The notes beneath the pieces are model-generated. The model saw only the letters and a list, made by a program, of their open reading frames with translations, was not told where the DNA came from and ran no database searches. From Chloroflexota bacterium (GTDB taxonomy: Bacteria; Chloroflexota; Limnocylindria; P2-11E): a stretch of 33,329 bases of DNA. The number at the start of each line of letters is the position of its first letter. The stretch's first letter is position 1. Positions 12,689 through 21,727 of the stretch are shown here, one piece after another. The stretch is taken from the NCBI GenBank assembly GCA_005889445.1, contig VBGS01000049.1, positions 1 to 33,329 of the forward strand, given 5' to 3'. A program made the translations under genes and the position numbers.

Positions 12689-13195
12689 GTGGCACGAATC
12701 GACGCAAGCCGGCTCGAGCTGACCGAGCGGGTCGTTCAGATCAACCGCGTGTCCAAGGTCGTGAAGGGTGGACGCCGGTTCTCCTTCTCCGCGATCGTGG
12801 TGGTCGGCGACGGGCGCGGCCACGTCGGAGCCGGGCTCGGGAAGGCCGATGAGGTTCCCGGCGCGATCACCAAGGGCCGCGAGGACGCCAAGAAGCACGT
12901 CATCGAGGTCCCGCTGGTGGATCGCACGATCCCGCACCAGGTGGTCGCGGATTTCGGCGCGGCGCGCGTGATCCTGCGCCCGGCCTCGAAGGGCACCGGC
13001 GTCATCGCCGGCGGCTCGGTCCGCGCGGTCGTGGAGTCCGCGGGCATCAGCGACATCCTCTCGAAGTCGCTCGGGAGCACGAACCCGGTCAACGTCGTGA
13101 TGGCGACGATGAAGGCGCTCGGCCAGCTTCGCTCGGCGCAGACGGTGCGAGCGACGCGCGGCATCGAACGCCAGCCGCAGCCGGTCGCGACATGA
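12689..13195 (+). CDS. rpsE: 30S ribosomal protein S5 (uS5)
   Basis: [30 protein letters not shown]. Confidence 0.98.
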   Translation: MARIDASRLELTERVVQINRVSKVVKGGRRFSFSAIVVVGDGRGHVGAGLGKADEVPGAITKGREDAKKHVIEVPLVDRTIPHQVVADFGAARVILRPASKGTGVIAGGSVRAVVESAGISDILSKSLGSTNPVNVVMATMKALGQLRSAQTVRATRGIERQPQPVAT

Positions 13196-13386
13196 CGCGC
13201 ATCGAGATCCGCCAGCATCGGAGCGCGATCGGCGAGAAGAGGGGCGCGAAGCAGAATCTCTCCGCGCTTGGCCTCGGCCGGACCGGACAGGTCGTCACCC
13301 ACGAAGATTCGCCCACGCTTCGCGGGATGCTGCGTCGCGTCGCGCACCTCGTTCAGGTCTCGGGCGAGAACAAGGAGAAGGCCTGA
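13192..13386 (+). CDS. rpmD: 50S ribosomal protein L30 (uL30)
   Basis: [20 protein letters not shown]; lies between rpsE and rplO. Confidence 0.94.
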   Translation: MTRIEIRQHRSAIGEKRGAKQNLSALGLGRTGQVVTHEDSPTLRGMLRRVAHLVQVSGENKEKA

Positions 13387-13832
13387 TGCGCATCCACGAG
13401 ATCCGTCCGCAGAGGGGCTCGCGCAAGCTGCCGAGGCGCCTCGGTCGCGGCACCGCGCAGGGCCAGGGCAAGACCGCGGGTCGCGGGACAAAGGGCCAGC
13501 TCGCGCGAACCGGCCCGGGACTGCCCGGTTGGTTCGAGGGCGGCCAGACCCCCCTGCACATGCGCGTTCCGAAGCTGCGCGGCTTCAAGAACCGCTTTCG
13601 CACGAGCTTCGTCGCGGTCAACGTCGCGCAGCTCGCGAACTACTCGGCCGAAGGGAAGGTCTCCCCGGACACGCTCGCCGCAAAGGGGCTGATCGACAAG
13701 GACGCGCGCATCAAGGTGCTCGGAGACGGCGTGATCGGCGAGCGGCTGGAAGTCCACGCGCACGCGGTCTCCGTGACGGCTCGGCAGAAGATCGAGCGAG
13801 CCGGCGGCTCAGTCGTGATCATCGGGGCCTAG
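13386..13832 (+). CDS. rplO: 50S ribosomal protein L15 (uL15)
   Basis: GKTAGRGTKGQ, FEGGQTPL, KVLGDG. Confidence 0.97.
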   Translation: MRIHEIRPQRGSRKLPRRLGRGTAQGQGKTAGRGTKGQLARTGPGLPGWFEGGQTPLHMRVPKLRGFKNRFRTSFVAVNVAQLANYSAEGKVSPDTLAAKGLIDKDARIKVLGDGVIGERLEVHAHAVSVTARQKIERAGGSVVIIGA

Positions 13833-13839
13833 AGCGCCC

Positions 13840-15123
13840 ATGGGCATGTTCACCGCGCTCATCGACTCGATGCGCACGCCGGACCTGCGCAACAAGATCC
13901 TGTTCACGCTCGGCATGATCGTGGTGTTCCGGTTCCTCGCGCACGTCCCACTGCCCGGTGTGAACGAGGCGCAGCTGCAGACGCTGCTCCAGAACAACCA
14001 GCTGCTGAACCTGCTCGACCTGTTCTCGGGTGGTGGTCTCGCGCGCTTCTCGATCGTCGCGCTCGGGGTGAATCCCTACATCAACGCGTCGATCATCATG
14101 ACGCTGCTCAACCAGACCATCCCCGCCCTCGAACGACTCTCCAAGGAAGGCGAGTACGGGCGCAACCGCATCAATCAGTACACCCGGATCCTGACCGTGC
14201 CGCTCGCGCTGCTCCAGGGCATCGGCGTCGCCGTGTTCATGCAGCGCCAGGGCGTGCTGAATGCGTTCGGGCCGTCGGACCTCACCCTCACGCTGTCCCT
14301 GCTCGCGTCGCTGACGGCCGGCACGATCATCCTGATGTGGCTCGGCGAGCTCATCAGCGAGCGCGGGATCGGCAACGGGATCAGCTTCATCATCTTCGCC
14401 GGCATCGTCGGCCGCCTGCCGAACACGGTCCAGCAGACCCTCCAGGTGCAGCAGAACTACATCGCGCTTGCCGCGATCGCGGTGATCGCCATCCTCGTGA
14501 TCGCGGCGATCATCTTCATCCAGGAAGGCCAGCGCCGGATCCCGGTCCAGTACGCGAAGCGCGTCCGCGGGACGCGCATGTACTCAGGAGGCAGCACCTT
14601 TATCCCGCTGCGCGTCAACAGCGCGGGCGTCATCCCGATCATCTTCGCGATCTCGATCCTGCTCCTGCCGAGTCAGGTGGCGCAGTACTTCACGACCAGC
14701 GAGACCGAATGGGTGCGGAACCTCTCGACGGGGATCGTCGGCTTCTTCCAGAACCCCATCTGGTACAACAGCCTGTACTTCCTGCTCGTCGTGGCGTTCA
14801 CGTTCTTCTACACCGCGTTCACGTTCGTGCCCAACGACGTCGCCGACAACATCAAGCGGTACGGCGGCTTCATCCCCGGCATCAGGCCGGGCCGTCCGAC
14901 CGCGGAGTTCCTCGGCCGTGTCGTGACGCGGATCACCATCGCCGGCGCGCTCTTCCTCGGCATCGTGGCGGTCATGCCCACGCTCATCGGCGACATCACC
15001 CAGGTGCAGACGCTTCGTCTGGGAGGAACGAGCATCCTTATCGTCGTCGGTGTCGTGGTCGAGACGATGAAACAGCTCGAAGCGCAGCTCCTCCAACGGT
15101 CCTACGAAGGATTCATCCGTTGA
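13840..15123 (+). CDS. secY: Preprotein translocase subunit SecY
   Basis: FSIVALGVNPYINASII, GIGNGISFIIFAGIV, FIPGIRPGRPT, GGTSILIVVGV. Confidence 0.98.
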   Translation: MGMFTALIDSMRTPDLRNKILFTLGMIVVFRFLAHVPLPGVNEAQLQTLLQNNQLLNLLDLFSGGGLARFSIVALGVNPYINASIIMTLLNQTIPALERLSKEGEYGRNRINQYTRILTVPLALLQGIGVAVFMQRQGVLNAFGPSDLTLTLSLLASLTAGTIILMWLGELISERGIGNGISFIIFAGIVGRLPNTVQQTLQVQQNYIALAAIAVIAILVIAAIIFIQEGQRRIPVQYAKRVRGTRMYSGGSTFIPLRVNSAGVIPIIFAISILLLPSQVAQYFTTSETEWVRNLSTGIVGFFQNPIWYNSLYFLLVVAFTFFYTAFTFVPNDVADNIKRYGGFIPGIRPGRPTAEFLGRVVTRITIAGALFLGIVAVMPTLIGDITQVQTLRLGGTSILIVVGVVVETMKQLEAQLLQRSYEGFIR

Positions 15124-15137
15124 TCTCTCGGGGGGAT

Positions 15138-15746
15138 ATGACAACAGAACGAGACGCCAGTCCCGAGCTCGCGACCGGCGACCTGATCTTCATCGGGCCG
15201 CCCGGGGTGGGGAAGGGCACGCAGGCGAAGGCGCTGGTGCAGGACAGCGGGTGGGTGCACCTCTCGACCGGCGACCTCTTCCGCGATCAGGTGCGCCGTC
15301 ACACCGAGCTTGGCCGCCTCGCCAAGTCGTACCTCGATCGAGGCGAGTACGTGCCCGATGAGGTGACCGTGAGCATCGTGCGGGAGCGCCTGCGCGACAT
15401 TCCGCGCTCGACCCGCATCGCCTTCGACGGATTTCCGCGGACGGTGGCGCAAGCGGAAGCGCTCGACGCACTCCTGCGCGAGTTCGGTCGGCGCGTCGGG
15501 ACGGTGATCCTTCTGGAGGCCCCACGCGACGAGCTGCTCGCGCGCCTTTCGGGCCGGGCGCAGGCGGAGGGCCGCGCCGACGACACGCCGGAGGTCGTCG
15601 CGAAGCGGCTCGCGGTCTACGAGGAGCAGACCCGGCCGGTGATTTCGCACTACGAGCGGCGCGGTCTGGTGCGCAAGGTGAACGGCGCCGGTCCGGTCTC
15701 CCAGATCACGGAGCGGCTCCGTGACGCGGTGGAGCGATCATCGTGA
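15138..15746 (+). CDS. adk: Adenylate kinase, short-LID type
   Basis: ATG 15138 after GGGGGA; GPPGVGKGTQ, HLSTGDLFR, DGFPRT, GRADD. The track ORF 14337 is an over-extension. Confidence 0.96.
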   Translation: MTTERDASPELATGDLIFIGPPGVGKGTQAKALVQDSGWVHLSTGDLFRDQVRRHTELGRLAKSYLDRGEYVPDEVTVSIVRERLRDIPRSTRIAFDGFPRTVAQAEALDALLREFGRRVGTVILLEAPRDELLARLSGRAQAEGRADDTPEVVAKRLAVYEEQTRPVISHYERRGLVRKVNGAGPVSQITERLRDAVERSS

Positions 15747-16519
15747 TCACGCTCAAGACCCCGGCGCAGAGCGCGAAGATGCGCGAGGCCGGCCTTGTCG
15801 TCGCCGAAATGCTCGAGGCGTGCCGCGCCGCGACGCATCCCGGGGTGACCACCGCGGAGCTCGACCGCATCGCCGCGGACGTGCTGCGCCGCCACGGCGC
15901 GAAGAGCTCGTTCCTTGGCTATCACGGCTACCCGGCGACGATCTGCACCTCGGTCAACGATGAGATCGTCCACGGGATCCCCTCGCCAAAGCGAAAGCTT
16001 CGTGAGGGCGACATCGTCGGAATCGACGCTGGAGCGATCGTCGACGGCTGGCACGCGGACGCGGCGATCACGGTCCCGGTGGGCAGGGTCTCGGGCGCGG
16101 TCGCCGACCTGATGCGCGTGACCGAGGAGGCGCTCCGCGCCGGGATCGCCAAGGCGGTGATCGGCAACCGCATCGGCGACATCGGGACCGCCGTCCAGGA
16201 GGTCGCCGAGCGCAGCGGCTACAGCGTGGTCCGCAACTACGTCGGACACGGGATCGGCCGGGCGATGCACGAGGACCCGCAGATCCCCAACTACCGGCCA
16301 GTCCGCGGGCAACCGAACCCGCCGATCAGCGAGGGCCTGTGCATCGCGATCGAGCCGATGGTGAACATCGGCGGTCCCGGAACGAGAACCCTGGACGACG
16401 GGTGGACCGTGGTGACCGCCGACCAGAGCATTTCGGCCCATTTCGAGCACTCCCTCGCCTGCACGCCGGCCGGGCCGGTCGTGCTCACGGCCCCGGTCGG
16501 AGCGGCGGTGCCCGCATGA
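15743..16519 (+). CDS. map: Methionine aminopeptidase type I
   Basis: SVNDEIVHGIP, GHGIG, AIEPMV, SAHFEHS. Confidence 0.97.
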   Translation: MITLKTPAQSAKMREAGLVVAEMLEACRAATHPGVTTAELDRIAADVLRRHGAKSSFLGYHGYPATICTSVNDEIVHGIPSPKRKLREGDIVGIDAGAIVDGWHADAAITVPVGRVSGAVADLMRVTEEALRAGIAKAVIGNRIGDIGTAVQEVAERSGYSVVRNYVGHGIGRAMHEDPQIPNYRPVRGQPNPPISEGLCIAIEPMVNIGGPGTRTLDDGWTVVTADQSISAHFEHSLACTPAGPVVLTAPVGAAVPA

Positions 16520-16525
16520 ACGCTC

Positions 16526-16555
16526 TTGCTCGGGACTGGCCGGTCTTGGTACACT
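16526..16555 (+). promoter_or_regulatory. Putative sigma70/sigmaA promoter for the infA-alpha cluster
   Basis: TTGCTC (16526-16531), 18 nt spacer, extended -10 TG-G-TACACT (TACACT 16550-16555), in an AT-richer intergenic gap. Confidence 0.6.
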
Positions 16556-16603
16556 TTTGGTTCCCGTGGGCACATGCCGCGGAGGTCTTTGTGCCTGGAG
16601 CGC

Positions 16604-16837
16604 ATGGCAAGTAAACCGAGCAACAAAGAGGTCATCGAGGTGGAGGGGACGGTCTCCGAGGCCCTTCCGAACGCGATGTTCAAGGTGGAGCTCCAGAACG
16701 GCCACGCGGTCCTCGCGCACATCAGCGGCAAGATGCGGATGAACTTCATTCGCGTCGTGCCGGGGGACAAAGTGCTCGTCGAGCTCTCCCCGTACGACCT
16801 GAAGCGGGGCCGCATCACGAGGCGAGTTCGGTACTAG
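16604..16837 (+). CDS. infA: Translation initiation factor IF-1
   Basis: ATG 16604 after GGAG; [33 protein letters not shown]. Confidence 0.97.
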   Translation: MASKPSNKEVIEVEGTVSEALPNAMFKVELQNGHAVLAHISGKMRMNFIRVVPGDKVLVELSPYDLKRGRITRRVRY

Positions 16838-16856
16838 CGACCAAGAAGGGACCAGC

Positions 16857-16970
16857 GTGAAAGTCAGAGCGAGCGTCAAGAAGCGTTGCGACAAATGCAA
16901 GATCATCCGGCGCGAGCGGCAGATCCTCGTGATCTGCTCCGAGCCGAAGCACAAGCAGCGTCAGGGCTGA
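16857..16970 (+). CDS. rpmJ: 50S ribosomal protein L36 (bL36), zinc-binding; not in the ORF track
   Basis: Hand translation from GTG: [37 protein letters not shown]. Confidence 0.97.
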   Translation: MKVRASVKKRCDKCKIIRRERQILVICSEPKHKQRQG

Positions 16971-16979
16971 GGGAGGACC

Positions 16980-17363
16980 ATGGCTCGGATCGCAGGCGTC
17001 GACATCCCGCGTGAGAAGCGCGTCGACATCTCGCTTCGCTACATCTTCGGCATCGGGCCGACGACGGCGCGCGAGGTCCTCGAGCAGGCGCGCGTCGACG
17101 CGGGCATCCGTGTGCGCGACCTGACCGAGCCGCAGGTCGCCAAGATCCGCGAGGTCATCGACCGCGGCTTCACCGTCGAGGGTGACCTGCGTCGCGAGAT
17201 CGCGCTCAACATCAAGCGGCTTCAGGAGATCGGCAGCTACCGCGGCATTCGTCACCGACGCAATCTGCCGGTCCGCGGACAGCGGACGCGCACCAACGCG
17301 CGGACGCGTCGCGGCACGCGCAAGACGGTGGCCGGAAGAAAGAAGGCGGTGTCAAAGACCTAG
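16980..17363 (+). CDS. rpsM: 30S ribosomal protein S13 (uS13)
   Basis: [32 protein letters not shown]. Confidence 0.98.
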   Translation: MARIAGVDIPREKRVDISLRYIFGIGPTTAREVLEQARVDAGIRVRDLTEPQVAKIREVIDRGFTVEGDLRREIALNIKRLQEIGSYRGIRHRRNLPVRGQRTRTNARTRRGTRKTVAGRKKAVSKT

Positions 17364-17854
17364 TGGCAGAGCCGAAACAGGAAAAGGAACGAGCCGAGCG
17401 GCCCCCACGCGGCGAGGCCGCGCCGAAGCAGGCCGACAAGCCAGAGGGCGAGGCGGCTGGTGCCCAGGAGGCGAAGGCCGCCCCGCGGCGCCGGCGCGAG
17501 AAGCGCGTCGTGCCCCGTGGCGCCGCGCACGTCAAAGCTTCGTTCAACAACACGATCATCTCGCTCAGCGATCCGGCGGGGAACGTGATCGCATGGTCGT
17601 CCGCCGGCGCGTCCGGCTGGAAGGGCTCGCGCAAGAGCACCCCGTACGCGGCTCAGGTCGCGGCGGAGAACGCCGCGCGCAAGGCCTTGGACCTCGGGCT
17701 CAAGACCGTCGAGGTCTTCGTGCGCGGTCCCGGGGCCGGTCGCGAGGCGGCGATCCGGGCGCTCGAGGCGACGGGCCTCGAGGTGACCGCGATCACTGAC
17801 GTCACGCCGATCCCCCACAACGGCTGTCGGCCGCCGAAGCGGAGGCGCGTCTAA
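17363..17854 (+). CDS. rpsK: 30S ribosomal protein S11 (uS11) with N-terminal extension
   Basis: [37 protein letters not shown]. Confidence 0.97.
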   Translation: MAEPKQEKERAERPPRGEAAPKQADKPEGEAAGAQEAKAAPRRRREKRVVPRGAAHVKASFNNTIISLSDPAGNVIAWSSAGASGWKGSRKSTPYAAQVAAENAARKALDLGLKTVEVFVRGPGAGREAAIRALEATGLEVTAITDVTPIPHNGCRPPKRRRV

Positions 17855-18477
17855 TGGCTCGTTACACCGGCCCGGTCTGCCGGATCTGCCGCCGCGAGAG
17901 CGTGAAGCTCTTCCTCAAGGGTGAGAAGTGCTTCACCAAATGCACGCTCGAGAAGCGGAGCTCGCCTCCGGGCATGCATCAGCAGCGCCGCCGCAAGGTC
18001 TCCGACTTCGCCCTGCAGCTCCGCGAGAAGCAAAAGGCGCGTCGCATGTACGGCGTCCTCGAGCGCCAGATGAAGAACACCTTCGATCGGGCCGCCGAGG
18101 TCACCGGCGCGACCGGTGAGACCCTGCTCATCAATCTCGAGTCGCGTCTGGACAACGCGGTGTACCGCGCCGGCTTCGCGAAGTCGCGCGCGCAGGCGCG
18201 CCAGCTCGTGAACCACGGGCACATCACCGTCAACGGCCGTGTGTCATCGACCCCGAGCCACGAGGTCGCCGCGGGCGACCAGATCGCGGTGAAGGAGTCG
18301 AGCCGCGCGTCCAACTACTTCAAGGAAGTCGCCGGCTGGGCCAAGACCCAGACGCGCCCGGGCTGGCTCGAGGTGGATCCCGACGCCTACACGGCGAAGG
18401 TCCTCGCGAGGCCGACCCGCGACCAGATCGAAGCACAGATCAACACCCAGCTCGTCGTCGAGCACTATTCGCGCTAG
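17854..18477 (+). CDS. rpsD: 30S ribosomal protein S4 (uS4), zinc-binding type
   Basis: CRICRR...KC..KC, LREKQK, LESRLDNAVYR, ARQLVNHGH. Confidence 0.98.
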   Translation: MARYTGPVCRICRRESVKLFLKGEKCFTKCTLEKRSSPPGMHQQRRRKVSDFALQLREKQKARRMYGVLERQMKNTFDRAAEVTGATGETLLINLESRLDNAVYRAGFAKSRAQARQLVNHGHITVNGRVSSTPSHEVAAGDQIAVKESSRASNYFKEVAGWAKTQTRPGWLEVDPDAYTAKVLARPTRDQIEAQINTQLVVEHYSR

Positions 18478-18504
18478 CCGCGCGCAGGAAGGAAAAGCGA
18501 ATCC

Positions 18505-19530
18505 ATGACCCTTGTTGAGCTTGAGTACCCCAAGATCGAGCGTCTCGACGGCGACGACCGCTACGCGCGGTTCGCCTGCGAGCCGTTGCCGCCGGGCTAC
18601 GGAACGACGCTTGGAAACTCCCTCCGGCGCGTCCTGCTGAGCTCGCTGCCCGGCGCCGCGATCACCGCGGCGCGGGTGCGCGGCGTCGCGCACGAATTCT
18701 CGACGATCCCCGGCGTCAAGGAAGACGTCGTGCAGATGGTCCTGAATCTGAAGCAGATCCGCCTTCGCTCATTCTCGAGCGAGCCGGTGACGCTCACGCT
18801 CGAGAAGAACGGCCCCGGCGAGGCGACCGCCGGCGACATCATGACCACCAGCGAGATCGAGATCGTCAACCCCGAGGCGCATATCGCGACCCTCGAGCCC
18901 GAGGCCTCCCTCTGGCTGGAGCTCACGGTCGAGACCGGCCGCGGGTTTCACTCGGCCGATCGTCGCGAGCGCCTGCCGATCGGGGTCATCCCCATCGACG
19001 CCCTGTACAGCCCGGTGCGCAAGGTGAACTTCAGCGTCGAGAGCACGCGCGTCGGACAGGTCACCAACTACGACCGTCTCATCCTCGAGGTCTGGACCGA
19101 CGGCACGACGACACCGGATGACGCGGTCGCGCAGGGGTCCCAGATCCTGGTGCAGCAGTTCTCCCTGTTCGCCGGGCTGACCCGGTCGCAGGCCGCGCTC
19201 GCCCAGCCGGAGCGGACCAACGGATCCTCGCTCCCCTCGGCGATCGCCGACATGCCGATCGAGGATCTCGATCTGCCGCAGCGGGCGTTCAACTCGCTCA
19301 AGCGGCACGGCATCACGAAGGTCGGTCAGCTCCTCCAGACCCCCGACGACGAGCTGCTCCGCATGCGGAACTTCGGCAAGAAGTCGCTCGACGAGATCAA
19401 GGAGCGCCTCGCCGCTCGTGGCCTCATCGAACCGCCGGTGCGTGACGAGTCCGAAGCGGCCCTCGGCGAGCCCGAGACGTCGACCGAGGACGAGAACGAG
19501 TCTGACGTGCGCGAGACCGAAGGCTTCTAG
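18505..19530 (+). CDS. rpoA: RNA polymerase alpha subunit
   Basis: GYGTTLGNSLRRVLLSS, HEFSTIPGVKED, RNFGKKSLDEI. Confidence 0.99.
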   Translation: MTLVELEYPKIERLDGDDRYARFACEPLPPGYGTTLGNSLRRVLLSSLPGAAITAARVRGVAHEFSTIPGVKEDVVQMVLNLKQIRLRSFSSEPVTLTLEKNGPGEATAGDIMTTSEIEIVNPEAHIATLEPEASLWLELTVETGRGFHSADRRERLPIGVIPIDALYSPVRKVNFSVESTRVGQVTNYDRLILEVWTDGTTTPDDAVAQGSQILVQQFSLFAGLTRSQAALAQPERTNGSSLPSAIADMPIEDLDLPQRAFNSLKRHGITKVGQLLQTPDDELLRMRNFGKKSLDEIKERLAARGLIEPPVRDESEAALGEPETSTEDENESDVRETEGF

Positions 19531-20093
19531 TGCCGCATCAGGTCCATCAACGGAAGTTCGGTCGGAGGCGGGGGCCTCGCCGGTCGATGCTCCGCAACCT
19601 CTCGCTGTCGGTCCTCCGCTATGAGCGCGTGAAGACGACCGAGGCCAAGGCCAAAGAGGTCCGCGTGTTCGTGGACCGCATGGTGAACCTCGGCAAGGAC
19701 GGATCGCTCGCCGCGCGTCGCAGGGCGTTGGCATGGCTGCCGGAGCGGGTCATCGTGGAGAAGGTCTTCAACGACCTCGCCGCGCGGTGGCCCGATCGGC
19801 ACGGCGGGTACGCGCGGATCACACGGATCAACCGCCGCGTCGGCGATGCCGCGCCGCAGATGCTCATCGAGCTCATGCCAGGCGCCGAGCGGCCCGCGGA
19901 GGGCGCGAAGGCCGCGGCCGCCGCGACCGAGGACAAGCCGAAGCGCCGGCGACTCTCGCTGCCGCGTCGCGGCGGCGCCAAGAAGGACGAGGCAAAGGCC
20001 GAAGCCGGCGCGAAGCCCGCGCCGCGCAAGCGCACGGCGACCAAAACGGCGACCACACCAAAGAAGAAGACTGCGAAGGGAGCCACGACCTAA
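19530..20093 (+). CDS. rplQ: 50S ribosomal protein L17 (bL17) with Lys/Ala/Thr-rich C-terminal extension
   Basis: KTTEAKAKEVR, GGYARI, RVGDAA; 187 aa. Confidence 0.96.
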   Translation: MPHQVHQRKFGRRRGPRRSMLRNLSLSVLRYERVKTTEAKAKEVRVFVDRMVNLGKDGSLAARRRALAWLPERVIVEKVFNDLAARWPDRHGGYARITRINRRVGDAAPQMLIELMPGAERPAEGAKAAAAATEDKPKRRRLSLPRRGGAKKDEAKAEAGAKPAPRKRTATKTATTPKKKTAKGATT

Positions 20094-20858
20094 ACGCACT
20101 GGAAAGCGCGCGTGGCATATGACGGGACGCGCTACGGCGGATTCCAGGTGCAACCCAACTCGCCGACGGTGCAGGCCGAGCTCGAGCGGGCGCTCAGCAC
20201 GATCTGCGACGAGGCGATCCGCGTGATCGGCGCGGGGCGGACGGACGCGGGGGTGCACGCGAGCGGCCAGGTCGTGGACTTTCGGACGACGAAGACGCTC
20301 GGCGAGGCCGAGCTGGGGCGGGGGGTCAACGCCCTCCTCCCCGACGACATAACTGTCTCGGCGCTCGAGCCGGCGGCGGAGAGCTTCCACGCCAGGTTCT
20401 CGGCGACGGGGCGGACATACGAATATCGGATCCGCGTCGCGCCCGAGCGTGATCCGCTCGAGCGCCATCGCGAGCACTGGATCTCCGCGGCGCTCGACGT
20501 CGCGGCGATGCGGCAGGCGAGCGCGAGGCTCGTCGGGCGGAGGGATTTCTCGGCGTTTGCCGCGGGGCCCGGCGGTGTTCGCACGGTGCGCAGCGCGGAG
20601 TGGTGCGAGGAGGGCGCGACGCTGCGCTTCCGGATCACGGCCGACGCGTTCCTGCGGGGCATGGTCCGGGGGATCGTCGGGACGCTCCTGTGGGTCGGAC
20701 GCGGTAAGACCGATCCGGCGGCGTTCGACGCCATCCTCGCGTCACGAGATCGCGCGCGCGGGGGTCCGAGCGCACCGGCGAACGGGCTGTGCCTGATCGC
20801 GGTCGAATACGGCGACGCGAGACGGTCGAAGAACGACGATGACGAGGCGGATGAATAG
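20094..20858 (+). CDS. truA: tRNA pseudouridine(38-40) synthase; start uncertain (ACG 20094 or GTG 20112)
   Basis: VAYDGT, catalytic GRTDAGVHA, FHARFSA, FLRGMVR. Confidence 0.95.
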   Translation, partial: THWKARVAYDGTRYGGFQVQPNSPTVQAELERALSTICDEAIRVIGAGRTDAGVHASGQVVDFRTTKTLGEAELGRGVNALLPDDITVSALEPAAESFHARFSATGRTYEYRIRVAPERDPLERHREHWISAALDVAAMRQASARLVGRRDFSAFAAGPGGVRTVRSAEWCEEGATLRFRITADAFLRGMVRGIVGTLLWVGRGKTDPAAFDAILASRDRARGGPSAPANGLCLIAVEYGDARRSKNDDDEADE

Positions 20859-20861
20859 ACG

Positions 20862-21302
20862 ATGAAGACCTACGCGACAAAGAAAGCGGACATCACTCGA
20901 AGCTGGCGCGTCGTGGACGCGGACGGCGCGACGCTCGGCCGTCTGGCGACGCAGATCGCGGCCTTGCTGCGCGGAAAGCACAAGGCCACGTTCTCGCCGC
21001 ACCTCGACACGGGCGATCCCGTGATCGTCGTCAACGCGGCAAAGATTCGCGTCACCGGGAATAAGCTCCTCGCGAAGACCTACGTTCGGCATTCGGGATA
21101 TCCAGGTGGCCTTCGCTCGGAGACGCTCGAGGGGCTTCTCGCGCGGCGTCCCGAGGAGGTCATCCGTCGGGCGGTCCGCGGGATGCTCCCGCAGAACCGG
21201 CTCGGCGAGCAGATGATCCGCAAGCTGCACGTCTACGCGGCCGGAGATCATCCGCACGCGGCGCAGAAGCCCCAGAGCATCGCCAAGGAGGACCAGGCAT
21301 GA
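20862..21302 (+). CDS. rplM: 50S ribosomal protein L13 (uL13)
   Basis: [27 protein letters not shown]. Confidence 0.98.
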   Translation: MKTYATKKADITRSWRVVDADGATLGRLATQIAALLRGKHKATFSPHLDTGDPVIVVNAAKIRVTGNKLLAKTYVRHSGYPGGLRSETLEGLLARRPEEVIRRAVRGMLPQNRLGEQMIRKLHVYAAGDHPHAAQKPQSIAKEDQA

Positions 21303-21694
21303 AAGCGGCTCCCTATTTCCAGGGCACCGGGCGCCGGAAGACCTCGATCGCGAGGGTGCGACTCGTTCCCGGTGAGGGCGCGGTGGTGGTCAACGGGAAG
21401 CCGCTCGACGAGTACTTCGCGCGCGATGGCGCCACCGAGCAGGCGCTCCAGCCGTTCTCCGTCACCAACACCAGCCGGCGTTTCAACGCGATGATCAAGG
21501 TCACCGGCGGCGGGATCAGCGGACAGATCGGCGCGATCGCGCACGGCATCTCGCGTGCCCTCCTGCTGGTCGACCGTGAGAATCTGCCCGCGCTGCGCAA
21601 GGCCGGCCTCCTGACCCGGGACCCTCGCGCCAAGGAGCGGAAGAAACCTGGTCTCAAGCGCGCGCGAAAGGCGCCGCAGTTCACCAAGCGGTAG
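21299..21694 (+). CDS. rpsI: 30S ribosomal protein S9 (uS9)
   Basis: [32 protein letters not shown]. Confidence 0.98.
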   Translation: MKAAPYFQGTGRRKTSIARVRLVPGEGAVVVNGKPLDEYFARDGATEQALQPFSVTNTSRRFNAMIKVTGGGISGQIGAIAHGISRALLLVDRENLPALRKAGLLTRDPRAKERKKPGLKRARKAPQFTKR

Positions 21695-21727
21695 CCCAAA
21701 GCCTCGGGCCGAGCGCAAACTAAGCCG

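Noticed and set aside
15520-15620. Adenylate kinase lacks the long LID domain
   Set aside because: Matches the known natural short-LID class (GRADD), so it is not counted among the deletions.
21695-21727. Small GCCC/GGGC stem after rpsI as a terminator
   Set aside because: Only 4 bp and no U-tract.
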